From a virus: 64,000 bases of DNA. The notes below the pieces were generated by a model that worked only from the letters and a program-made list of their open reading frames with translations, ran no database searches and was not told where the DNA came from. The number at the start of each line of letters is the position of its first letter. Position 1 is the first letter of the stretch. This document shows, one piece after another, positions 55,394-64,000 of this stretch. The position numbers were made by a program, and so were the translations under genes. Where the stretch lies: IMG/VR virus record IMGVR_UViG_3300011115_000874, positions 64,001 to 128,000 of that record; one strand, written 5' to 3'.

Positions 55394-56440
55394 TTATTTA
55401 AAACTGTTTAAAACTTTGAATGTGTCTCTAATCCAATACTCTACATTTTTGATTGTGTGATGTAACCCATCTTCGTTATATAACTTAATAAACTCAGCTG
55501 ATTTTGTTCTTTCAATTGGTTGTTCAATTATACTCTCGATATGCTTCTTCTCACCCTCATCTAATAACGGATTACCTAAATCCATAATCAAATAATTGTT
55601 CCTAATACTCTCGTTATTAAAAACCACCCTAGAATAAATAATATTGTCTTTGTATTTAGACTCACTTATTTCAAAAACCTCTTCTAAAGTCATTTCTCTT
55701 TCTGCTAATTCAGGAAATAATTTAAATAACTTTTTAGGTCCTAGTCCCTGTACTCCAGGTATTTTATCTGAATTATCACCCATTAATGTCTTATATAAGA
55801 TAAAATTATGAGCTGGGAGGCCAAATTTTTCTTTTACTAGTTTTGGTGTGTAATACTCTTTAGCTATAGGACTGTAGACTGTTATGTTATCGTTTACTAA
55901 TTGTAAGAAATCTTTATCCGCCGACACAATCGTACATTTACTATCGTATTTAGTTGCCATATAACGGGATAAATGCGCTATGATGTCATCTGCCTCGACT
56001 TTATCGAGCATAATAAGATTAACGGGTAAACACCTTAAATAGTGAATGAGTCGAGAAATTTGATTTACTTTAGATTCATGTTCTTCATCTAAATCATCAA
56101 ATGTATCATGGTTAGTCATTCGGGTTTGATTCCTACCTGATTTGTATTCCGGGAGCAAGTTCTTCCTGTTTATGGAAGAACCCACTCCGTCGAATACAAT
56201 ATACACAGATGTAGGTTTATTTGTGTTAATTAGAAAACTTAATGATCTTAAAAAACCACCTAAACCACCAACATGGACTCCGCTCTGATTAACATAATTC
56301 AATACTGCAAAGTTTCTTAAAAATAGATTTAAACCATCTATAATTAGTACTTTATCATGTTTTGAAAATGTACCTGTAACTTCATCATCGTCTCCTGATT
56401 TAATGTCATCTAATAACCGGAATAAATCTTTTTTATCCAT
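55394..56440 (-). CDS. 5'-3' exonuclease/flap endonuclease (T4 RNase H-like)
   Basis: IIDG.N, VFDG, YKSGR, EADD, SADKDFLQL, GDNSDKIPGV.GLGPK. Confidence 0.93.
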   Translation of the reverse strand: MDKKDLFRLLDDIKSGDDDEVTGTFSKHDKVLIIDGLNLFLRNFAVLNYVNQSGVHVGGLGGFLRSLSFLINTNKPTSVYIVFDGVGSSINRKNLLPEYKSGRNQTRMTNHDTFDDLDEEHESKVNQISRLIHYLRCLPVNLIMLDKVEADDIIAHLSRYMATKYDSKCTIVSADKDFLQLVNDNITVYSPIAKEYYTPKLVKEKFGLPAHNFILYKTLMGDNSDKIPGVQGLGPKKLFKLFPELAEREMTLEEVFEISESKYKDNIIYSRVVFNNESIRNNYLIMDLGNPLLDEGEKKHIESIIEQPIERTKSAEFIKLYNEDGLHHTIKNVEYWIRDTFKVLNSFK

Positions 56441-56441
56441 T

Positions 56442-57527
56442 TTAATCCTCGTCAATTATTGTAATATTCTCTTTACTTTCTTCCCATTCTGATTTATCTT
56501 CAGCAAGACCAATACCATCAATACTACCTAAAATATGTACCCATTCATGGGCATGTTGTTTTTTATAGTCAGTAATATCTTTGTTATCATCTTGAATAAA
56601 ACCGTGAATTGTAGCTACAACTGTATTTTTAGTTTGTAATCCTGTAACGTGATTCTTATCTACTGCTACTTTAGTACGAACTGCAAATTCAACTTCTTTA
56701 CCATCCTTAGTTGCTTTTAATTTACTTGTACCACTATTAGTAATATTACCAAATGTTAATACAATAGAAGCATCTAAAAACATTGTCTCACCATTTTTCA
56801 TTTTCATTTTTGGTTGAGCAAACATATTTTCAGCTGGTGCTATCCATATTTTGTTAACTGCTACCATTGAGTTTGTGTATGGTGATGATTCTTTCCTTGA
56901 TAATGGGAAGCGTTGGTTAATAAAATTACCAAACTGTTGTGATACTGCACCTGCATTCCACATCGGATTGTTTTTATTCTGCTCAACACTCATCTTACAA
57001 GGTATAGAACCGATTGAGTCCCAAAAGAAACATAAGTCATAAGGTAAATTACCTTTCTTTTGTTCGTCTAACAAGTCAGCTATAAACTCTGCTACATCTT
57101 CAATAGTTCCTAATGAACTTCTATCAGTGTATAGGAAAAATCCTTTATAGTCTATAATTTCACCTGTTGCTTCATCAACAATATCATCAACTTGGAAACC
57201 CATTTGTTTAGCATGTTCCCAAGACCATTTCATCTCTGTAATAATGAACACAGGCAAAATGCCCATTTTCTGGGCATTAATTGCTAGTTCTAATAACGCA
57301 GTTGTTTTACCTGTATTACTGTGTCCTCTTAAAAGATTAATATGTCCTATTGCTGCACCTGGAAGTGAAGTTGAATCTTGTAATGCTTCAGAAAATGGAA
57401 TCCATCTCTGTTCTTTAAACTTAACAGTTGTGTTAAGTAGTTTTTTCTCTTTAAATTTATCTAGGTTAAAACTAGATTTCATTTCAGCAGAGACCGCTGT
57501 CATTAAAGATTCTTTCTTTTTGGCCAT
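56442..57527 (-). CDS. RecA/UvsX-like recombinase
   Basis: GHSNTGKTT, TE, WDSIG, VN, KNH. Confidence 0.85.
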   Translation of the reverse strand: MAKKKESLMTAVSAEMKSSFNLDKFKEKKLLNTTVKFKEQRWIPFSEALQDSTSLPGAAIGHINLLRGHSNTGKTTALLELAINAQKMGILPVFIITEMKWSWEHAKQMGFQVDDIVDEATGEIIDYKGFFLYTDRSSLGTIEDVAEFIADLLDEQKKGNLPYDLCFFWDSIGSIPCKMSVEQNKNNPMWNAGAVSQQFGNFINQRFPLSRKESSPYTNSMVAVNKIWIAPAENMFAQPKMKMKNGETMFLDASIVLTFGNITNSGTSKLKATKDGKEVEFAVRTKVAVDKNHVTGLQTKNTVVATIHGFIQDDNKDITDYKKQHAHEWVHILGSIDGIGLAEDKSEWEESKENITIIDED

Positions 57528-57543
57528 ATAAGTTTTTATTTAT

Positions 57544-58404
57544 TTAGAATGGTGAACCTTCGCCTTCGCTTTCTCTTTCTTCTTCGTCATCAAACAAAGC
57601 ATCAAACTTATCTGCTTTAGATACCTTAGCTACTGGTGCTGCTTTCAAACTATAGTTTGTTTTAGGCTCCTCTTGTGCTTTAGCTATGATCGGATCTTCA
57701 TCTTCATCTATTACTACTGCTACTGTCTCTTCCTCTTCTGGGTTTAAGAAATTAGCTAAAATAGTTTTAAGATCATCAAACGCTGTTTTACGTTGTAGTT
57801 CAAGAACATTTGGTTGTTCAGTTAACCACATTTTGATAGTTTCTTTATCAGAACCTAATGGTGATGTTTTAGGTTTAACACGAATTGATGATTTCAATCC
57901 TTGACGACCACCAATATCACCTGTTACTACGTCAACTGTAAAGTCACGTCCTTCGCTAATGTCAGTGAAATCTCCATAATCCTCATCCTCAGCAATACCT
58001 AATAATTGCATATAGATTTCTTTTCCGAACTCCCAAAGACGAACACCTTTTTCTTCTTCACCACGAACAACTACAGGAGCAAAAACTCTCATTTTTGGAT
58101 CTAATTTCTTAGCCAACTGCCAGTTTTCTTTTTCTGATGTAGTACGGAGTGATTTTGCAAACTCAACTATTGGATCTTTTTCACCCCAGTTAGTTAGAGC
58201 ATAAATTGGGAATTTTGAGAACCCGTAGTGTACGAACACTTCTTGGAATGGGTTACTCTTGTTTAATACTGAAGGTACCACTCGGATTTGATACTTACCT
58301 TCTGCTTTAGGCTTCCAATAATACTTGGAATAGTCAACCTTTTCTTTCTTGGCGCCTGATGACTGTAGAGAGCTTAATCTCTGTTTAATCGCATTGATGT
58401 CCAT
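57544..58404 (-). CDS. Single-stranded DNA-binding protein (T4 gp32-like)
   Basis: WKP, IRVVP, HY, DP, WEFGK.IY, DFTD...GRD, acidic tail ending PF. Confidence 0.88.
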   Translation of the reverse strand: MDINAIKQRLSSLQSSGAKKEKVDYSKYYWKPKAEGKYQIRVVPSVLNKSNPFQEVFVHYGFSKFPIYALTNWGEKDPIVEFAKSLRTTSEKENWQLAKKLDPKMRVFAPVVVRGEEEKGVRLWEFGKEIYMQLLGIAEDEDYGDFTDISEGRDFTVDVVTGDIGGRQGLKSSIRVKPKTSPLGSDKETIKMWLTEQPNVLELQRKTAFDDLKTILANFLNPEEEETVAVVIDEDEDPIIAKAQEEPKTNYSLKAAPVAKVSKADKFDALFDDEEERESEGEGSPF

Positions 58405-58431
58405 TTTTATTTGGTTTTAAATTGTTACTAT

Positions 58432-58463
58432 TTAATATACTACATTTTTCTTAATAGGCCAAG
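58432..58463 (-). promoter_or_regulatory. Early promoter
   Basis: CTTG-N20-TATATTAA. Confidence 0.65.
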
Positions 58464-58524
58464 TTAGCTAATACAAGCTCTTAAAATGCCTTTTCTCGTA
58501 GTGTTTTCTTTAACGTTACGTACC

Positions 58525-58968
58525 TTATAATTCAATGATCTTGAATACCTTTGTATTCAATTGTTTTAACTCGTTATGTTGGGTTAATAATATGCTATTT
58601 CTATAATGGGGCCAATTTACTCTATAAGCCATATCAACTACTCCATCATTTAACTTTTTAATAAGTTCATTTAGAGCGTTTATAGTATAAAGTGTATTGG
58701 TTTCTTTTTTACGATGAACTAGAATTGTGTTCTCGGGGATTGTATTTACGTTACCTTGATCGACATTGTAAGTGACAACATATTCATTTGTGCTTTTAAC
58801 AAACAATACAAACATCTTGTTATACATGATAGTGTAGACTGTAGATAATTCACTTACCAACTCATCTAATTCCTCACCACTTGTGAATGTGCAAAATAAC
58901 TTATTATTCAAATCCTTAATATTAACGTTGTTCGCGTCATACATATCGTATCCTGGTTTAAAAGTCAT
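58525..58968 (-). CDS. Conserved hypothetical phage protein
   Basis: TILVHRKKETNTLYTINALN motif; start uncertain. Confidence 0.7.
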   Translation of the reverse strand: MTFKPGYDMYDANNVNIKDLNNKLFCTFTSGEELDELVSELSTVYTIMYNKMFVLFVKSTNEYVVTYNVDQGNVNTIPENTILVHRKKETNTLYTINALNELIKKLNDGVVDMAYRVNWPHYRNSILLTQHNELKQLNTKVFKIIEL

Positions 58969-60235
58969 AATCCGTCCCTCCATTAATTTTTATTGATAAC
59001 TTCATTTCCTTAAATATATTTTTGATTTGTTCTAATTCTTGCTCTTCATCTTCATCCCAATCAAGTAGAAATGAGTCATATGTGTATAAAACTATTTTAG
59101 TATTTTTACCTGTTAATATCTTATGAATTTTAAGTAGTATACCTATATTTGTTGATGTTTCTAGGTTTTGCAAGATATAATTAAATAACTTTTGTGGATT
59201 CATATTTTCCAACTTGCCCTTTTCAAACTTATAATTTGATATAGGAGCGTTAATAAAGCCTTGTTCATTAAACAACTTCCATTGTTCTTGAACATAAGTT
59301 TGTATTTTTTGAAAGAATGGGAGTGATTTGTATTCTTCAAATACTCCTCCATATAACTGTTTAAATGTTAATTCTTTTGCTTTAGCGTAATCTACGCCAT
59401 ACATGCTAGCAAAATCAGCGTGAATATCAGGGTTATCAAATTCATGAGAAACCAGTTGTCCAGCCAAAGTCGGATGGTATGCAGAAATATCAATTTCAAG
59501 AAATTCATTGTTTTGTGGTATAAAGCTTGCTCTTGAGTGGTTGTCTTTCTTTAGAGCAGCGAAGTTAATGCTATTAAAGGCATTGGATGGGCGTCTTGTT
59601 GTAGTATTGAGGTTATATTGAGTAAACACCCTACTATCACGTATCGAGTATAAGCTATTATTTGGTTCATAGTATTTATAAAACTTGTCTTCATTAATTT
59701 TAATTCCGTTCTTTTCAATTCCAAAAAATGCTAAAGCACCTTTATTATAGAATTTAACATATTCTGGTTTTGGCTCCAATATAATTTGTTGGAGTTGAGT
59801 ATAAATATTCTCACAAACCTCATAATGCTTAACTATTGGAATTATTTTGTTAATATCTGTTTTATTAGGATGTTTCCTATAAAAGATATCAAATACAGGT
59901 TCAGATGGTGTTTCTATATGTTTAATAGAAGAAATATCTGTTACTTTGTTTAATTGAAAGTAGTATAGAAATGATTTTTTATCCCTAACATATATTGTAT
60001 CTATATGTTTTAATAATTTTTCAATGTATGTTTTTCCAAGTGACATTGTTTCACTGTGGTCAATACAGAACATATATCCTTTAGAATCATAAGTTGGTCT
60101 AATATAGACTAAACATACATCATTTAAAGCAGGATGAATTTGATTATGATAGGGAATAATCTCAACAAAGACTTCTTTATAGTCTTGATTAAAAAATTCT
60201 CTTAATTGATCTTTAGTTTCTACTAACCAATACAT
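58958..60235 (-). CDS. Compact, divergent family A DNA polymerase-like protein
   Basis: TTRRPSN, motif A EIDISAYH, motif B AKELTFKQLYG, motif C YTYDSF. Confidence 0.8.
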   Translation of the reverse strand: MYWLVETKDQLREFFNQDYKEVFVEIIPYHNQIHPALNDVCLVYIRPTYDSKGYMFCIDHSETMSLGKTYIEKLLKHIDTIYVRDKKSFLYYFQLNKVTDISSIKHIETPSEPVFDIFYRKHPNKTDINKIIPIVKHYEVCENIYTQLQQIILEPKPEYVKFYNKGALAFFGIEKNGIKINEDKFYKYYEPNNSLYSIRDSRVFTQYNLNTTTRRPSNAFNSINFAALKKDNHSRASFIPQNNEFLEIDISAYHPTLAGQLVSHEFDNPDIHADFASMYGVDYAKAKELTFKQLYGGVFEEYKSLPFFQKIQTYVQEQWKLFNEQGFINAPISNYKFEKGKLENMNPQKLFNYILQNLETSTNIGILLKIHKILTGKNTKIVLYTYDSFLLDWDEDEEQELEQIKNIFKEMKLSIKINGGTDYDF

Positions 60236-60250
60236 AACCTTTATTTTCTA

Positions 60251-60282
60251 ATAATATAGTAATAAAGATTTTTTAAGCCAAG
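60251..60282 (-). promoter_or_regulatory. Early promoter
   Basis: CTTG-N20-TATATTAT. Confidence 0.6.
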
Positions 60283-60533
60283 TTATTATAAATAGAAAAT
60301 GCAGTTGTATGATCTTGAAGCATTAATGATATAAAGTAATCTAATTTAGAATCATCTAAATAAAAATCTCTAATCATTTGATCAAATTCATCAATTCTAT
60401 TTTCTATAGATACTATTTTTTGAGATAAATCAGATGGGTTATTAAATAAAGTAAAACGTACTTTAGCATCCATAGTATCAAGTAATTCTAAGATATAATT
60501 TGTACTTAGTTGTGTAAATCTATTTTGTATCAT
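60273..60533 (-). CDS. Hypothetical protein (possible fibre-associated)
   Basis: ORF track, follows fibre gene. Confidence 0.6.
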   Translation of the reverse strand: MIQNRFTQLSTNYILELLDTMDAKVRFTLFNNPSDLSQKIVSIENRIDEFDQMIRDFYLDDSKLDYFISLMLQDHTTAFSIYNNLA

Positions 60534-60542
60534 ATTTTATAC

Positions 60543-62396
60543 TTATGTGTTAAATATTCCAAAACTATATTGATTAACTGTAGGTCCATTAGCTATACTA
60601 GTACTTATTTGAAGTGAAATTTCATCTCCTAATATAACTGATGCACTGTTAATTATATTAGAATATAAACCTGCTGCTTGCCCTCCAGAAATATTTATTT
60701 TAACATTAGTAGCTACACCATTAACTCTAATAGTGAATGTAGTAAAACTAGTAGCAACAGCGGCACCATTAGTTCTTATATAAATATTTTTTAATGTACC
60801 AGCCTGTGGTGTTACTATTTGACGTTGTGTTTCATTAGCAGATACTAATGTAGTTCCAAAAGGTAAATAAGTAACTATGGGATTGGTAAAACCAGAACCC
60901 GCCGCATAGTTACCAAATATAATCAAAGCAGCATTTGGGGCTGTTGATGCAGTGGCTACAGACATAGAACTAGTTTGACTGTTTAAAACAAAACTTGAAG
61001 TTTGTGAGTTTGTCACAAATGAACTAGTTTGGGATGTTAAAACATATGGTTGTAACATAGAACCAGTTTGGCTATTTAAAACAAAACTAGATGTTTGATC
61101 GTTAGTAACAAAAGATGAAGTTTGAGCGTTAGTAATAAAGCTACTTGTTTGACTATTTAGGACAAATGAAGAAGTTTGAGCGTTAGTGACAAAACTGCTT
61201 GTTTGAGCATTTGTTACAAATGAACTTGTAGCACTATTTAAAACATAATTTGGAGCTAAAGACGTAGTAGCAGCATAACTACTACTAACAGCATTTAAAG
61301 CATTTGTAGCCCAACTTGATGTTCCAAAAACAGAACCTGTTAATGGACCTAAAAATACTCCACCAGTTATAGCTGATTGTATGCTCAAGCTTCTTGCGGC
61401 AGGGTTTATAGTTATATTAGTAGCTGTAAATAAAGTTTCTACTGTTGGGGTTGCATTATTGGTGTCAACAAATGTTAAAAAATAATTAGCATTAGTACTA
61501 TCAGTTTGTGTGAGTATTCTAGATGCTGTTAAAGCATTTGTAGCCCAACTTGCAGTACCAAATAATGAACCTGTAAATGAACCACTAAATGAACCTGTGT
61601 TTGATAAAAATTGATCTACACGATTTGCTGTTACTATTAAAGAAGGAATACCTGGCACTACTCCAAATGCTGGTTCAGCGTGTAAACGTACATTTGCATC
61701 TGGTGAGTACCACATTAGTTGGAAGTAATCACCTGCAGCCGCATTTACAAAGAAATTCCATGCTGCAACGTAATGTGCTCCATTTCCTTGGAGTTGTACT
61801 GATGTTGCAGTATCTGTTAAATTTGTTCCATTTTTTCTAATCCATATCCATATCTCATCAGTTCCACTATCTGTTTTATCTACTTGAGCAGAAAACTGTA
61901 TATCATACACACCAGCATTTGCTACTTTAATATATGTGTTAAAAGGATTTGTTGACCCAGAAATAGATACACCATTTGTAATGTCTGTTGTATTAAGAGA
62001 CATTGAACGAGCAGTACTAGCAACATTAGTTTGAATTGTTGTGTCATAAAAAGATCCATAAGATCCTGTTGCTGTATTAAATCCTCCTCCACCTGCTGTT
62101 GAACTAATTGTAACTTGTCCAACTCCGGTAGTTGGCGATAGGGATATGTTTGGTCCTGCTAATAATTGAGTTACACCACCGTTAGCTGCGTATGAAGCTG
62201 TCCCTAATAATGAACCTGTAAACCCAAGAGTAGAAGTTGTTGAACCAGTTACTATTAATGATCCTGTTATTCTAGCAGAACCGGTATATGGAAATGCTGC
62301 TCCACCACCTCCATTCAAAGCAAAGGAAGCTGTAGTAGCATAAGATGCACTTTCTGCATTTATTAGATACCCATTTATTTCACTTATATTAGCCAT
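60543..62396 (-). CDS. Tail fibre/virion fibre-like protein
   Basis: S/T/G/A-rich, GSL.GTASYA repeats, C1q-like beta domain, 9-aa repeats. Confidence 0.75.
   Translation of the reverse strand: MANISEINGYLINAESASYATTASFALNGGGGAAFPYTGSARITGSLIVTGSTTSTLGFTGSLLGTASYAANGGVTQLLAGPNISLSPTTGVGQVTISSTAGGGGFNTATGSYGSFYDTTIQTNVASTARSMSLNTTDITNGVSISGSTNPFNTYIKVANAGVYDIQFSAQVDKTDSGTDEIWIWIRKNGTNLTDTATSVQLQGNGAHYVAAWNFFVNAAAGDYFQLMWYSPDANVRLHAEPAFGVVPGIPSLIVTANRVDQFLSNTGSFSGSFTGSLFGTASWATNALTASRILTQTDSTNANYFLTFVDTNNATPTVETLFTATNITINPAARSLSIQSAITGGVFLGPLTGSVFGTSSWATNALNAVSSSYAATTSLAPNYVLNSATSSFVTNAQTSSFVTNAQTSSFVLNSQTSSFITNAQTSSFVTNDQTSSFVLNSQTGSMLQPYVLTSQTSSFVTNSQTSSFVLNSQTSSMSVATASTAPNAALIIFGNYAAGSGFTNPIVTYLPFGTTLVSANETQRQIVTPQAGTLKNIYIRTNGAAVATSFTTFTIRVNGVATNVKINISGGQAAGLYSNIINSASVILGDEISLQISTSIANGPTVNQYSFGIFNT
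60965..61250 (-). repeat. 27-nt coding repeats (TSSFV[TL]N[AS]Q) x about 9
   Basis: Seen in translation. Confidence 0.85.
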
Positions 62397-62399
62397 ATA

Positions 62400-63371
62400 T
62401 TATATTTTTATCCAAGTATTGTCAGGTCTAAATTTCATAATCCATTGGTGAGTATCTCCAGCATTATTATAATAAGCATGTCCTAAAAGTCTTACATAAT
62501 TAGTTGTAGGAGCAATAGTTGACATAGATGCTAGACTTCCACTTTCTATATAAATAGGTAAACCATGGTCTACACCAGGAACATATGGTCCTACTCCAGT
62601 ATCAACATCATTTACAGTAACATGACCTTCTAATAATACAGATCCATTTCCTGGTTTACCCACAATGACACATATTCCTAACATTTTAGTACTAGTTGAT
62701 GTTGTTTGGTTTACTTGGTACCATTTACCATCAGTAGATTCTAAGTATACTAAATCTGATACTTTAACAGTAGTATATAAATTAGCCTCAATTATATCTC
62801 CAGCAAAACTAGAAGAGTCAGATGAAAATCCTTCTTGTACACCAGATTTTGGTTTTGCACTAGCATGATAAAAATCAGAATAAGTATATACTTCATTATC
62901 AAATCCAAAAGCAAAATTACTACCGGGTGAATATAAATATCTACCTTCCCAATCTATAGAGCTATTACCAGAAGTATCAAGTAAATTTCTATTTTCCCAA
63001 TCTATAGAAACATTAGTAGAAGAGTCAATCGCATATCTACTTAACCAATCTACACTAGTAATAGCAGTACTATCAATTAAAGTTCGATTAGTAGTATCAA
63101 TTTTATTAGTTACTGATAAATCACCATTTATAGTTACAAGAGCTGAAGCTGAGGCGTATTTAAAATTAGAATCACCTCCAAAAGAACCTAATTGATTAAA
63201 TTGAATATTAGTATTAGCACCACCTGGTGTTCCCCCACCACCTCCCCCAGGAGCATAAGAAGCAGATATAGCATAACTAGCAGTGCCAGTTAAGTCACCA
63301 TAAAAGTTACCATAAAAATTACCGTAATAATTTCCAGTACCACTAACATCTATAGGAAAATATTCTGCCAT
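62400..63371 (-). CDS. Virion structural/fibre-like protein
   Basis: GTASYA, poly-G linker, IQFN..G.FGG motif, three SIDW..R repeats. Confidence 0.7.
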   Translation of the reverse strand: MAEYFPIDVSGTGNYYGNFYGNFYGDLTGTASYAISASYAPGGGGGGTPGGANTNIQFNQLGSFGGDSNFKYASASALVTINGDLSVTNKIDTTNRTLIDSTAITSVDWLSRYAIDSSTNVSIDWENRNLLDTSGNSSIDWEGRYLYSPGSNFAFGFDNEVYTYSDFYHASAKPKSGVQEGFSSDSSSFAGDIIEANLYTTVKVSDLVYLESTDGKWYQVNQTTSTSTKMLGICVIVGKPGNGSVLLEGHVTVNDVDTGVGPYVPGVDHGLPIYIESGSLASMSTIAPTTNYVRLLGHAYYNNAGDTHQWIMKFRPDNTWIKI

Positions 63372-63890
63372 TTATTTATAGTATTTAAAATAGTCTTCTT
63401 TTAAGTAAGATTGAAGACCATAAACATTACTTTTTTGTTCTGCTACTAAAACCATATTTCTATTTGTAGTATAAGTAGCATCTTTATCACCTACAAGTTG
63501 CCATTGAATTTGGAATTTAATATATAATGTAGTATTAACATTATTATATTGATCTTTAGTTAGTTCATCAAATAAAAATTCATTTCGTTTTTTAATAAAA
63601 TAACGAGTAAATACTCCTACTTCATAATCTTTAGGAGTAGGATATAATGGAGGAACGTTTGTAGTAATTGAAGGTTTAGTGGAAGGAGGTGGAGGAGAAA
63701 ATATAGTAGGAATAATTTCAATATTGTCACCATCACTAGGAAATTTACCAGTATATGTTTTACCATTATATAATTTATAGTAATATCCTGAATAAGAAGG
63801 ACCATTGTTGTTGTAATTTTCAATAGTCTTATATTCGTCTCCATTAGTTTGGAGATTTTGTTGGATTTTATTTTTAGGATAGTAAGCCAT
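63372..63890 (-). CDS. Putative tail/baseplate-associated protein
   Basis: MAYYPK..I...L.TNG.E, YTG, RYF motifs; structural context. Confidence 0.55.
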   Translation of the reverse strand: MAYYPKNKIQQNLQTNGDEYKTIENYNNNGPSYSGYYYKLYNGKTYTGKFPSDGDNIEIIPTIFSPPPPSTKPSITTNVPPLYPTPKDYEVGVFTRYFIKKRNEFLFDELTKDQYNNVNTTLYIKFQIQWQLVGDKDATYTTNRNMVLVAEQKSNVYGLQSYLKEDYFKYYK

Positions 63891-64000
63891 TTGCTTTTAA
63901 AATGAATTATATCTTTTCATAGCTGTGTTATATATAGCTAATTTTTCATTAAATTTAGTTGTACCTTTAGTATAACTAGCTTTATCGGAAGGAGACCACC

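Noticed and set aside
6077-62868. All other plus-strand ORFs in the track and nested minus-strand ORFs (e.g. 32954, 45379, 47046, 61922, 63617)
   Set aside because: They overlap well-supported minus-strand genes and look like shadow frames.
1-64000. tRNA/rRNA genes, self-splicing introns, inteins, stop-codon reassignment
   Set aside because: No cloverleaf or rRNA-like segment noticed; PolB, NrdA/B, helicase and RecA are contiguous and of normal size; genes pack tightly under the standard code with TAA, TAG and TGA all used as stops.

Overview
64-kb AT-rich (roughly 30% GC by eye) segment of a large T4-like/jumbo tailed phage genome, almost certainly infecting a Bacteroidota host: promoters follow the TTTG-N20-TAnnTTTG consensus, there are no Shine-Dalgarno motifs, and QueC is of the Cys-less type. 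Every credible gene is on the minus strand. In transcription order (high to low coordinates): tail/fibre genes; a PolA-like protein; gp32 SSB, RecA/UvsX, 5'-3' exonuclease and helicase; NrdB/NrdA; a 7-deazaguanine cluster (TGT/DpdA-fold protein, queC, queD, queE, HPRT-like PRTase, folE, MazG-like pyrophosphatase) running into PolB; sliding clamp; GroES/GroEL; clamp loader; free-standing homing endonucleases; a 13-kb glycosyltransferase cluster; small accessory genes; ClpP; lysis genes; DNA ligase; an RNA-repair trio. The window ends in a non-coding 13-bp repeat region (candidate genome terminus or origin) followed by small acidic genes, each with its own promoter. The most striking observation is a 117-aa acidic gene (508-861) whose mRNA is essentially cytosine-free: the + strand has no G for 365 nt (537-901). 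Other highlights are a candidate pre-replicative guanine-replacement pathway, fused terminator/promoter cassettes giving near-leaderless mRNAs, and late genes sharing a capsid-targeting-like N-terminal leader. All calls come from motif reading; no database searches were run.
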